The notes under the pieces: model-generated
The model's input: the letters and a program-made list of their open reading frames with translations, nothing else
What the model was told of the DNA's origin: nothing
Database searches by the model: none
Program-made: the position numbers and the translations under genes
Assembly (NCBI GenBank): GCA_028023455.1
Contig: JAQFVV010000003.1
Location: 26,970,001-27,034,000 of the forward strand
DNA length: 64,000 nucleotides
DNA from: Epiperipatus broadwayi
Taxonomy: Eukaryota; Animalia; Onychophora
Direction: 5' to 3'
In this document: piece after piece, positions 36,566-49,605 of the stretch
How the letters are laid out: the number at the start of each line of letters is the position of its first letter
How positions within the stretch are numbered: position 1 is the stretch's first letter

Positions 36566-39500
36566 TATATAAATGATACTTTTATTCAAATATTACTTAA
36601 TATCTACTGGCTCCTTTAAAAAAAACATGGGCTGCTCATATTCATACATGTGCATTTATAAAACAATATTATTCTGTTTCGAACATTATAAATTTATCAT
36701 GATACTTATCCTTATACATACTAAAATTTTACAGAATTTGTCTATTAGTTTAATTTATATTAACATGACTAACATTCAACAAACTATATATGTTAATTAT
36801 CGACTTTTTTTTCGCATTAAATTAGTGAAGCTATAATTTTACTCTAATTTGTAATAGCTTTGCTAAGCGCTTTCGAGATTTCATGTTTAAATCTCAGTCG
36901 CATACTTATAATTACAATTTTACTAGTGAAGAGGAAACAATTTATTATATATATGTTAATATTTTTTTACTCCAACACACACACACACATTTAAGTAATT
37001 TGTTGTTTAATCCACATTATTTTTTTAAATTATATGTTAAGATATAATATTGTATTTCTGTATGTATAATTATTAATAATATTTTATTTCTCACATTACT
37101 AAGTCATCTAAATATATTGTAATGGAATGCAACCACCCACAGGATGAATTGGGGTCATTTTACAAATTGTTCAGTAATGAAACTTAACAATGTACTAAAA
37201 GCTATAGGAAGGTGATCATTTACCCATAACAAATTATGTGTTGATTGCCCATCTAATTACTACTTACATTTTATTTAATCACAACTCTACTTTAACGAAC
37301 ACATATAAAAAAAAAAAAACTTTATTCATTTCTCTGCTTACATGATACTATCATCACATGTAATCTAGCCCATGACACCACTACATCTATCCATCCAGAC
37401 ATCTAAACTTTTCAAATTTCAAAACACAAATGAATTCTATTTATAATTGAAGTATTGTAATTTTAAATATACAGTGTCAGATGGCTATTTGAATTATTCT
37501 ACTCACACAAATCACTGATAATGGCACCCTCTTTTATCAATCTAAAACTAGTATATTTCTTTACTCAAACAATATCTTTATAGGATAATGAATTACACTT
37601 AAATATTATTCCAAATTAAGAAATGACATTATTTGACTAAAGAGCATTTTATTTATACTTTTCCTGCATTAGTTGCTTCCATACAGTCTAATACTTTCTC
37701 ACAGGCAAGCATAAACTTAAAAGGGATAGTTATAAAGTAAAACTATTGGCTTTAGATCAAATTACCCCCAAGATGGATTTTAATAAAAAACAAATTTATT
37801 TAATTAAATACCTAATGATATATATTTAAACACACCTTGGATATAGACTATAGGTTGATATTAGATAATAAATACAAAGAAATGTGTTTAGATTTAACTA
37901 ATAATATAAAATATGTAAGGATTTATATTAGAAATTGTTATAAATTAAATAAAATTTCATCTTGCCAGAATTGATTAAACCAGTCTTTAAGATCATGGTA
38001 CTATATTTATGGAAATTTGATTTTTATAAATGTATATTCATGATTATTAATAAGTATTCAGTTCATAAGTTTTCATGTCACGGAGAGAGGTAATTGTTGT
38101 TGTAATAGGAGAATGGATTACTTAGTCACTTTATCCTCTCTCACTCCAGGCAGGCAACAGGTGATCTTCTACAGGAAAGCTATATTTTCCAGAATCCAGA
38201 ATGGTACATTTGGTTGTCACTGAATACTGGCAAGAAACAGTCAAATACTTATATTGGCTCCAAATGCTGATGGCTTTCACTTGCTCTACTAAGAACAGTT
38301 CTTCGATTATAGTTGTCCCAGGTTGACTTATACAAGGTATCCAATACTGTCATCAGACGAGCAAGAAAAAGAGAGCAGGAATAAGAACATAGGAACAGGA
38401 GAGAGGAAGTGACTTATTCAATGCCTATTTATATACTCTTACAACAATACACATGCAGTTCTCCAATCAAAATACTTTGGTCTTTATTTTTTAGTAAATC
38501 ATAAAAATAAAAAAAATCTCTTTTTTTTTTCAAATTGCTAATAAATTCTGTTTCATACAATATGAACAAATTACATGAAATAAAATCTAAATGAAATAAA
38601 TATTTACAAAAAAACATTTTGGGTCAAGCATTATAAATCTAATAAATTCAAATAATTCTGTATCCGCTTTTTTGGTTATGTAAAATATTTTTTATAAACA
38701 AAAAAATAAGATAAAGTAGCTTTTTTTCCATATCTTCAATTAACATAAATTACTGTAAATGCTATTTAATTACAATAGTTATAAAATGTTGTATTACTTT
38801 TTTTTCTTTTACTTACCAAATTATAAAGCAGCTATAAATATATATATATATTATGACATAGAGACATATACATGTAATTGCATTATTTTGTGATTATATT
38901 TAAACAAATACAATTGTCGTATTTCAGACTAGAACTATTTAATTTTTTTCCAATAAAAGTACGTAATGACAAAAAAGATACAATAAATCATCTTTGCGAT
39001 CAGCTATTGTCACTATGTCAATTTATACTTTAAATTTGCTTTATTTTTCATTAGTTATTTTACTACGATTTTGTAATATTGAATGTCATCGTATTGATCT
39101 CGGTTTGATACTATTACAATATCAATAAGATTTACTAATGGAAAAGTATATGGCGAGATAAGTTTAAAATAACTAGTACATTGAAATTGAAATTATAAAT
39201 ATTACACGATTTATGATAAATTATAGAAATTTCGCAAGCGTTATTCATTCAGGCATAGTAAAAAGTAATTTAAAATGATCGATTAACATCTTCACGCTCT
39301 CATTTCCAAATACTTAAGATTTGCCCATACATAAACGTTTGGGTCGAAAAGATAGATATTCATTCTAACTTTTCACAAAGACTTTATCTTGTGTTTGGAA
39401 AGTAAGAGTATTCATTTATATAGTTAAATCTACAAAGTGCAGGTGCATTAGCTTATTGGCTTATTAATATTACAGTTTATAAAAACATAGTGCTATATAA

Positions 39501-39606
39501 AATGTTTTATTTATATATAAAATAAATGTCTTATAACTGTATATTATTATATCAATTTAGTTTCAAAGTAAATTTAATACTACACTAACAAATATATCTA
39601 AATTAT

Positions 39607-40510
39607 AATTAAAGGGGATTTAAACACATACTTTTAAGCTTCCTTCACCTATCCTCACCATCTTATATAACCAATACACATAATCACACATACATGTGAA
39701 TAAGATAAATGATCTCCAATATACATATTTTGTGCTGAACCAGCACTCATCAATTGGTTCAGATCATCATTTCCCACACATATATACAATGAGTGTTCAG
39801 TTTATACTAAGATAGCAAATCTTCAAACTTTAATGGACAAACTTCAATCTTTTCCACCTTCTAAATCTTCTGCTATCCATTGTTGTCATATCCAAGTTGA
39901 CCCCAAGTCACTCTGACCTCTCATATATATGACCTTAATATGTTTATTTAAATACACAGAGAGCTGGGCAGAATTCAGGCTGAAGTTCAGTATTTACAAT
40001 ATACTAGTATTAATTTATTACAGATTCAGCCTGAATTCTGTTCATTCCTCTGTGTATTTACATAGACATATTCATATATATAAGGGATCAGAGTGACTTA
40101 AGGTCAACATGGGTATGACAACAATATTAGCATCAACAAGGATTTGAGCATTCCATCATTAGATTTTCAATGATATGGATGGCTGAAGAGGTTGAGGGTG
40201 GAGAAGATTGATGTTTGTCCACTAAAATTTGAAGATTTGCTATCTTAATATAAACTGAACACTGATTATATATGTGCGAGAGAGATGATGATCTAGACTA
40301 ACTGATGTGCTGATTCAGTACAAAATACATATATTGGGGATCATTTATCTTATTCACATGTGTGTGGTTATGTGTACTGGTTATATAAGATGGAGAGGGT
40401 AACTGAAAGGAGCTTCAAAGTTTATGTTCAAATCCCCTTTAATTACATTTTAAAGTTCAGTATTTACAATATACTAGTATTAATTTATTACAGATTTAGC
40501 CTGAATTCTG
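39607..40510. repeat. Foldback pair of family A with a 58-bp direct repeat
   Basis: Inverted arms at about 39607-39960 and 40050-40444; motifs at 39716-39757 (-) and 40298-40337 (+). 39983-40040 recurs at 40453-40510 with 1 mismatch. Further family A fragments lie at about 40790-40960 and 57150-57470. Confidence 0.85.
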
Positions 40511-41088
40511 CCTATCCAAGACCCCTAAAAGACTCAAACTCTTGTTAGAGTTTTCACTTATCATTTAGTATATTAATTAAGTAATGGACAATGATTCCAC
40601 CAGACATTGAAAATGTAGTGAGCACATATCTAAATCACTCATTTTTTGTATCAAAAACATTTCATCCAAGTTTAATTCTATGATTAATTTTATCCTTTAT
40701 TTTTCTATCTGTATTAATAATATAACCTAAAGACCTGTTATTGTTAACTAATATACTTCATGATTATCGTGGACATATTAAGCTCATGTATGTGAGGTGT
40801 CAGAGTGACTCAACGTCAACAGGGATATGACAACAATATTGTCATCAACAAGGGTTTGAGCATTCCATCATCAGATTTTCAATGAAATGAATGACTGAAA
40901 ACTTGGAGGGTGGAGAAGACTGAAGTCTGTCCATTAAAGTTTAAAGGTTTGCTATCTTAAAACAAGTCAAATTTTTCTACATTTTGCCAATAGATAATAT
41001 TCTTTAACTAACATATTGCTAACTTGATATTTTAATCACAATAAAGTTTAATTATAAAACTAACACTTGGGTTTATTATATATCAACG

Positions 41089-41124
<36 letters not shown>

Positions 41125-44054
41125 CGTTGATATATAATAAATATATATATATATATTGTAACCTTATTGTTTGATGCATAAATTCAAGATCCTGATTTTG
41201 AAAACATTTAAAATTTTAAATTTAAGATGTTAATAATTAATATGTATAATTTAAAAAAAAGATGCTGAATTTATTATTACATAAAATAGTTACTAAAATT
41301 AATACTAAATATAGTTTAAATTTGCTATTAGATATTTAGATTGTAATTGTTAGATATATTTTAATGATATGGATGTGAAAAGAGGGAATTCAAAAATTAA
41401 TATTGTCTGTGAATTATCTTAAGTCAATACAATTTAATTTTAAAGTTGTTATAAAAGTTATATTATTACTGAATAAATATCATTAATTATTAAAGACATT
41501 ATAATTAGATATTTTGCAATTGTAATATAAACTTAGTTTATTATAAAATAGATATGCAATTTAATAGATCTATGTGTATACAGGTGAAATTACTTATGCA
41601 TATTGCATTCACATCAGACAAAATCATTTCCTATCTGAATAATTATTTTATTAAAATGGTTTAATGAATATTGATTTTTAATTATAAATTTTCATAAAAG
41701 TTTGTAAAGTAAAATAATAACAATAGTTAATTTAAGTTAGGTTGGAACATTCTAATAATTATAATGATTAAGTTAGGATTTTATTTATTTGTTATTGAGA
41801 TATTCAGTTATAATGATAGGGTATAGTATATATAATGATATTTAACTACAATGCCAATTATATGTGGTAATGAAGAGATGCACTTCAAGCATTCTCAGTA
41901 TAAAAAATGAACTGCCTTCTCACTGCCATAATTCAATCAATTTTTTAATGTAAGAAAATGATAGCTTTTTAATGAATATACCCTAATAACCAGAAGAGGA
42001 GTGTTAAATCAGCTGAGATATTTAAGGCATACTCATATGAATCAATTGATATTGAATATAGATCTATACTAAACTTCACATGATCATTTAAAAAGAATTC
42101 ACTTTATTACTAATTTCAGGCACGGAAATAGAAAATAAAAGCAAACTTCCATTTGAAAGCATTCTTGATGCATACATGTTATTATTTCATATTTCTAAAA
42201 TTGTAATTTTAAATATCTACCAGATATGCAGTTTAGTGCAGTGATAAATGATGAATTTAAGAATAAACATTCTGAACCAAATCACAATCTGATAATCTTG
42301 ATGATAGAATGTTATATGATTTCTCAAGTGGTTAATTATTTGATTATTTATTTTAAAAAATATTTATCAAAGAATTTTACTAAAGATAGTTTTAACAAAT
42401 CTCTCTACAATATTGATCCCAAATTACTTCTAGAAATCTGACACCAAACTAGATATCAGTGTAAGCAATCTTATTAGAATTTGTTGTGACCAAACTTAAT
42501 CAGTCTATCACAGAACATAATATGACAAGAAAAAACAATCCTATTACAGTATATTATATCAGAAAGACAGAACTCTCAATATAAAATGACATAGTGGTTC
42601 ATGGATAGTCTACAAATGTATGTTAAATTTCAGAATTTTTGTTATTTTGCTCGTATGAATGTCCTGATATATACTTGTTTATAAAGAATCTTGCTATTGT
42701 ACAGATTGATTAATTTTCACAAACATGATCAATGAGTAATATGGAGGACATTAACTATCATAATATGACAAATTCCTACTAATTTTCTGTTACTTTTTTT
42801 CTAATTGTTTGTACTTGAGACTTGTAATCTCAGTGATTTAGTGTAGCAATGAAATCAAGAGTTAAAGTCATATGAATTGCAGTTCAATTCTATCACACTT
42901 CTGGTGCTTAAACATTATATAATCTCCAATTATCAAAACATTCAATTAATACTAATGCTTGTAAGCAGACAGAAGGCTTAGGCTTAATTCAAAAATAATT
43001 TTAATTATTCAAAACTAATGTGTTTGAATTTAATCATTGACTTTATCTAGAATATAGCCATGCCAATTCTAGAATTGAAAATAATATTTGGAGTCTACTT
43101 TCAATTATTTAACAAATACTCTTAAAGCAAAAATTAAATGACTAAGAATAAAGGCTAGTTAGCATTTATAGAGGATATATAATTATTTCAGGATCAACAT
43201 TGGTCTAAATTTAAATCAGCATTGAAGTAAGAAAAAGACTCACTATGTTTGTATTGGTTGATCCAGAAAAGCATATAAAGATGAAATTAAAACTAAATTA
43301 AATTTTCCAAGATCCAGATTGTTAATGCAGTGGTCTAAAAATAAATAAATAAACGTCTGAATCTTAAGTGTTGTTAAGGTTATTGCATTGGCCTTCCATG
43401 TCCATGATTTAAAATTTCAATCTAGTGGAATTTGGAATTTTTTTTTCATTTAGTTAAAGAGTTCTAATTGTGATTTTTTTATGTGTAACTTGGTTCATGT
43501 ATAATGATTGAATCTATGAATAATACTAAACCCTATGTAATACATATTTTATACACAGACACACACACATATACATATTAGTGATATAATTTAATTTAAA
43601 ATTATAGACATTAACATATCAATAAAAATAATTAGCAAAAAATAAAAAAATTAAGTTATACAAAAACAAGTAATACTAAATTGAAAGAGTTTTTCCCATA
43701 CATGAATGTTATCATAAAGTCATCATTTTTCTTTCCAAAATAATTACTCTTTTACACTTTGAGCCCAAAAGTTGTACTGTGAATGTAAAATGCTTTCACT
43801 TTGTTTGCAAGCATATGCAGAGTGCACACTGAATGCACAAGAAAAAAAACAACTGACTGGTAAATGAGTCATAACACTGCTCACACAGGTGCAAAAAAAA
43901 ATTATAAATTTTAAATTTTTTGATTTTTCAAATAGTGAGTTTTTGAAGCTATGGATTGTAAGAGAACAAATAAATCCATTTGCAGTGCTGTTGAGGATAT
44001 GTCAAGGCTACTATGTAAGTATATATTGGTGATAAATATTCAGAATCTTGTCAA

Positions 44055-44126
44055 GCGTTGTTAGCTGAGAGGTCAGCGCAGCAGCCTTTGCAGATGGTAT
44101 TGCGGGTTTGCCTCCTGGCCAATGCT
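44055..44126 (+). pseudogene. Degenerate tRNA-Gly-like sequence or SINE head
   Basis: GCGTTG...GGGTTTGCCTCCTGGCCAATGC matches tRNA-Gly acceptor and T-arm ends, with degenerate A and B boxes; the anticodon arm is not intact. Confidence 0.55.
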
Positions 44127-47100
44127 ATGCCATATGGAAAAAAAATATGCAGAATCTTCAAAATCTTATAGTGCCTCTCCCCCCTCAAAAAATTAATTGT
44201 TACACTATATATATAATATTCTGTTTTTAAAAAAATTATTAATCATTTTTTTAACAGAAAATTCTTAACAAAACTATTTTTGTTTGTTTTTATCAATGCA
44301 TCTCTTATTTCAACTCTATCATTTCACAACCAATCACCAGCGCAAAACCAGACCTATTCTCTAGTTGTAATATTATGGAGTTGAGATAAAAAATGGACTG
44401 ATAAAACAATAAACTCGAAAGCATCATTATAGTACGATTATTCATTCTTCCCAAAGGTATTAAAAGCAAATAGAAATCAATTTCTATTTTGCAAGAAAAT
44501 GGTGTAATAAAAAATATTGAGCTGTTAACATTGGCATGGAGATTCAAGTATTTGATGTCTTTACTTCATGAACTAATAAAAATTTCAATATAATAAACAT
44601 AATTAATTGAAGTAGTTGCTATAGTAACTAAAAATTACATATTCATGGTTTAATTTTAATATTAATTGTGACTTTTTGCTTTCAAAATTAATAATTTTTT
44701 AAAAACACAAAGAAGAAAAAGATTCATTCTTCAAATAGATTAGTGATATAAAAATAATAATAAAACAACTATCAAACACCCCATCACAAGACAAGACCCT
44801 TTCAAGGACCTTTTCATATAGAAACTGTGAAAGTAAAGACAATATTCAACCAGACTTTCCAATTACTGATAGTAAAGGTTAGAGTAGTTCTTATCCTTAT
44901 TTCATTATTTACCTGAGAATACTTAGATGCTATTTTATTGACTAATATTGCATAATTAATAGGGTTGACTAGGAACTGGACTATCTAAAAGAAAAATCCC
45001 TAACTTATTGAAAAAGTTTTTACTTGTTTCAGATTTTAGTTGATGAAGATGCTAGCAATACACTGTGGGATTTTCACAATAGGCCAATACAATAAATATT
45101 CATGACACTTTCTAATAATAATTTCTTAGTTATGATACATTATGTAATAGATAATTATTGAAATCAAGTTATTAATATAAACTGTAGTTGTTTGATAGTG
45201 GAATTATCTTCAGACATAAGGGACAGCTGCAAATAACCAATAAGTAATGACTGTCTAGGAATTTTCTGCTGCCTTGTAGAAAGATAAGTCAACCGATCAA
45301 GGTCTATATCTTGGACAAGCTAGTCAAATGTATTACCTATTAACCTTGAGATCATTCCATTTATCATGCAGATGAGTATAATTTTTTTGGAAAGAAAGAC
45401 CATCAAATAAATGAAGATTGTAATGAATTCACTCTGCTTTGATATTTAACTCAATATCTCCGATTCTCAATGATTTTGTCTATATTATTGAAACCTAATA
45501 ATATTAAAAATTATTTTAATCTGTGAATATTTAATCAGTGTTTATGCTCTATCATTAGGTTTGAAAAGTTTATCCAAAAAAAACCCAAAAGCTTTTATCC
45601 CTATTGAATAGCAAAATCACTTCAATATTAATAAAAGATCCATTTTGTGTTCTTAGAGATATTAATCCACATGTTGATAAGATTAGCAAACATTGGCTCA
45701 AAATTATTGTAAAATAATAGTATTGGCATTGCAAATTCAAAAGTCTTCTGATAGTGAATTTTTGCATAACACTGAACTGTTTATACTTTGTTTAGGCAGA
45801 AAAATTATCCTGTGGCTCAAACTAACTGTTTAGTTGACTTTATATCTAGAGAATATAGGATAGAGATTCAATTGTTCTTATTAATGCACCAAAATGAAGC
45901 ACATTTACAATATATGTCTATAGTTAAATAAAACCTGTATAATTCCTAATGCAATATTCCAAAAAATATTGAGCACATGAATTTTGGTTTAGACTTTGTG
46001 GTTACAGCACTGATTTTCTGCACTTATAAACTAAATTTTGAATCTGAATGAACTTCAAAACTATATTCAAATAGTTAAAAATTTCAAAGAAAGATTAGGG
46101 GATTATTGATTGGCAATGGATCATCCCTTTGTATTAATTATGACAATAGAATTGTAATAATTATATTTATAAAGTGCATACTCATTACATAAAGTAATAT
46201 TTATTAAGGCTATATCCTTAAGACTATGTGCCTGAAAAAACGACAGTAGGGACTTCTGCAAATCTTTAACACAAGATTTATTTAAAAGACAATAGAATTG
46301 TGTATTTATGATACAGTATTATTATTTTTTAATGTAATAAGAATTCCATTACATAAAATAATCATCAGAACAAAACAGATAAAATAAAGACCTTTATGCT
46401 TCCGTTTATCCAGACTATCAGCCAATTGTAATATGTTATTATCTATAAAGGCAAGGTATTGCTACTTTTTAATGTGTGATTGAAAATTTGGACACTGTAT
46501 TTGGTCACATATAGATAAACAAAAAGATAAGTGTTGCACCTATGAAATATATTTCTCAACCAGTAGTGAAAGAATACCCATTTACTGAGCACTGATAGAT
46601 AGTAGTTAGGTTGGCTGTGAGCAGTTTATATGAAAGAAAACTATTATGCTTCGATGCACTAACTATATGTAGACAGAAGTATCTAAACACTCTTACTTTT
46701 ATAATCTGTGTATATAAGTGAACAAGCACAAATTTTAGTAAATCATAATAAGCATGATAATTGATGAGTAGAGATTTTATGCATCAATTATGACTTTTCA
46801 TGTAATATTAATTATCCTTTAATATTGTAGATAAAAAGTTTAATACCTATCATAACGGAAAATTTTTAAAAAATTTATAATGCTATAAGTTTTCCACTTG
46901 CTTTACACATTTTATCTTAGATACTCATTTTTGGTAAGCCTCTCCATATGAGGATCTTTCCTGCATAGTTTGGTGTAATAGTATTAATGGCAGATTAAAG
47001 GGGAAAGTTTCTGAATCAATATTTAATTGGATAATTTGAATAATTAACTGGAACTATTGTTTTCAACCTGTTTGTCACATAACTTCCCAAATTAAGTATC

Positions 47101-47704
47101 TAATGATTATTTCTTAATACCAAACTCTTAGAGGTGGTGCTTTCTTAGACAGGATTTTACATATTAGATCTAACTGATTTGAAGAACAATACCAGTAGCA
47201 ATGCTATTGCTCTATTTGTCAAGATGTTAAAAAAGGCGGGGGGCAAAAATATAGACCAAAATTTTACAAAAAAATGAATGAACTACCTGAGATGAATTAT
47301 ATAAAGAAATACCATATAGCATGAGACTGAATCAAATAATGCCAAATCAGAAAATGTCCAAGCAGAATCTCTATTAAAATGATACTTAGTTAGATGATGA
47401 TAAAATCATATGATGCTCAGTCAAATATTTGATCAGATATGCCCTAGTCATATGATGCCCAGATATCCTAAGATTAAAAGACTACATGTATATTGTTATG
47501 TACATGCACAAATTAAGAACATTTACATAAGATGCATAATTGCATTATTTCTGCTTTAAATCCTGATCTTTACTAATGAAAACAAATGATAAAAACTGGT
47601 CTGGGATGGAAATGTTATACAGAAAATGGCCTATGAATAGAATGAAGATAATGCTCCTAAAAATATTTATGTATATTAAAACAATAAAATTATAAACAAC
47701 TTAC

Positions 47705-47916
47705 CAATTATTACAGCATTAAAATTGTGTCTTGGAATTTTCATGTTTGTTAAATGTGTCCACTGATCATTCAAAGTATCATATATATCAACATCAGGTA
47801 TACTCATAACTTCATCTTTAACAATGGTTGCACCTCCAATTAAATATAATTTATTATTTATTGGAACTAAGGTTGCATAACAGCGAGGAATACGTAATTT
47901 ATGATGTATAGTCCAC
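47705..47916 (-). CDS. Internal coding exon of the kelch-repeat (scruin-like) gene
   Basis: Acceptor ttattattttag|G and donor G|gtaagt; 212 nt. Joins the previous exon in frame (AAC AG|G TGG = N R W). Encodes WTIHHKLRIPRCYATLVPINNKLYLIGGATIVKDEVMSIPDVDIYDTLNDQWTHLTNMKIPRHNFNAVII. The LRIPRCYATL and MKIPRH segments resemble scruin-family C-terminal blades (from memory). Confidence 0.95.
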
Positions 47917-48475
47917 CTAAAATAATAAGTATTACTTAAAATTATTTTCAAACTCAATTTAAAAAAAAAAGAAGTAATTTATTTGTAAATATTAATTGGT
48001 TTAGCTTTCATAAGGGACTGCTGTCCAAGATAGTATTTATAACAACAATTCAAAATGCTCAATTATTTTAATAATGCCTCTTAATAAATTTGATTCTGTC
48101 TGTAAATGTTATAGTGGGTTCACTAAAACTAGGTAACATCAAGCACTATAATATGTCATTAGCAAGTTTTGGCTGGTTACTCTCTTGATTCTCTTTATAA
48201 CATTTTTATATTTAAAGTTTTAATGAACAACATGCTACATAAATACTAATATAGTATATTATTTTATATAATATTTACTATTGGGCAAGAGGAAACTATT
48301 GGAGAAAGGTCATGATGTTTGAACCTCAGGTATCTCTGAATCAAAGCTTAGTTTGGTATTTCAGCTGCTTAAATGTCACATAATTTTCTGAGCAATTTAG
48401 GATTAATTAATTATTATTAATGTACTATAATTCTGGAAAAGATTTATACATATTATTTAATTTGAGCCATCTAAA

Positions 48476-48730
48476 GCCGACATCGTGTGCACAGAGAGGA
48501 ACAATGTCAAGAGGAAGATCAAAGAGGCATGTTACATCACCAGCGATGCCAGGTCAATCAACAGAAAAGACACGTGCTTTGTGGTCTCGAAAAGATGGAT
48601 GTTGTAATTTGCATGCATTTGCATAGAATCAACAGCCTGTGAAAAGGACTATGATTATGGAGCAATAGGGGCTCTGAAAGTGCTAAGTCCATAAAATAGA
48701 AGCTTACTAATAATAAACTTATAGTTTCAC
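48476..48730 (+). mobile_element. Penelope-like element 3' fragment
   Basis: 48476-48607 encodes ADIVCTERNNVKRKIKEACYITSDARSINRKDTCFVVSKRWML*; hammerhead-like motif at 48646-48690. Confidence 0.85.
48646..48690 (+). ncRNA. Minimal hammerhead-like motif, A3-U8 variant
   Basis: GGACT ATGATTA T GGAGC AATAGGG GCTCT GAAA GTGCT A AGTCC. Confidence 0.72.
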
Positions 48731-48814
48731 CTCAGCTATTAATTTTAGCTTATCAGTAATTATTTAATTTTATAGATCATCATATAATATTTTTCAAATA
48801 ATGTTTAAAATCTC

Positions 48815-49045
48815 ATATAATACTAAATCATCCATGCACTTTACTACTGTTACACAATGCTTTATTTACCATCCTCTTTTACAGTTTAAATTGCTCCAGC
48901 AATCTTCTTTAGAACTCTTATATCTCCTAACTTCAAGTTCTGAAGAAGATTACTGGGCCAATCAAAATTGCAAACTGTAAAAGAGGGTGGTAAATAAAGC
49001 ATTGTGTAACAGTAGTAAGGTGTGTGGATGATTTAGTATTATATG
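48815..49045. repeat. Second family D palindromic mini-element (centre deleted)
   Basis: Close match to the 52700-52980 unit; motifs at 48883-48916 (-, core deleted) and 48936-48976 (+). Confidence 0.85.
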
Positions 49046-49257
49046 ATATACATTTGCCAATGCAATAAGAATCATTAGTTATTACACTTTTTGAAGAATG
49101 TTTAAAATGCTTAGGTTAATTGTTGAATTATTGGAAAGTTTTCTATGCAGAGCCATCTATCAATTACAGTGTACAATTACAATTGCTAGCAGACAGAGCA
49201 AGGTATGTTTTAGTTTTAGATTCCCAAATTTCAAATAAATAAAAAAACAATTATGTA

Positions 49258-49605
49258 TATGTAACAATAAACACTTATTTATAATTGTTAATAAAGAAGA
49301 TCACACCTGCCAATCCCATAATATTATGCTCAGAATCAAACGATCACAAAAGAAAAATAAAGGAGGCATTTTACATTAATGGAAACATCCATGCTATTAA
49401 TAGGAAAGACACTTGCTTCGAAATCTTGAAGAAATGGGCTACGTAATACTAACTTATTTGAATATTTGCATATATTTTATTATACATTTTATGAAGGCTA
49501 TGAATATGAGGCATGGATCCTCGAAAACATTAAGCCGATAAACTTTAATATTAATTTATATCTTCTTCTTTATTAACAATTATAAACAAGTGTTTTTTTG
49601 TTACA
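49258..49605 (+). mobile_element. Penelope-like element 3' fragment with inverted flanks
   Basis: 49294-49446 encodes KKITPANPIILCSESNDHKRKIKEAFYINGNIHAINRKDTCFEILKKWAT*; hammerhead at 49496-49536. About 43 bp at 49258-49300 is the reverse complement of about 49563-49605. Confidence 0.85.
49496..49536 (+). ncRNA. Minimal type-I hammerhead-like motif, A3-U8 variant
   Basis: GGCT ATGAATA T GAGG CATGGAT CCTC GAAA ACATT A AGCC: stems I and II perfect, GAAA intact. Confidence 0.72.

Noticed and set aside
38060-38425. GC-richer block with CTGATGA on the minus strand
   Set aside because: No GAAA or stem III and no recognisable ends or ORF; probably an unidentified repeat fragment.
40570-40730. Kelch-like VFDTKNE*FR on the minus strand
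   Set aside because: In-frame stops, no proper splice sites and no GG motif in register.
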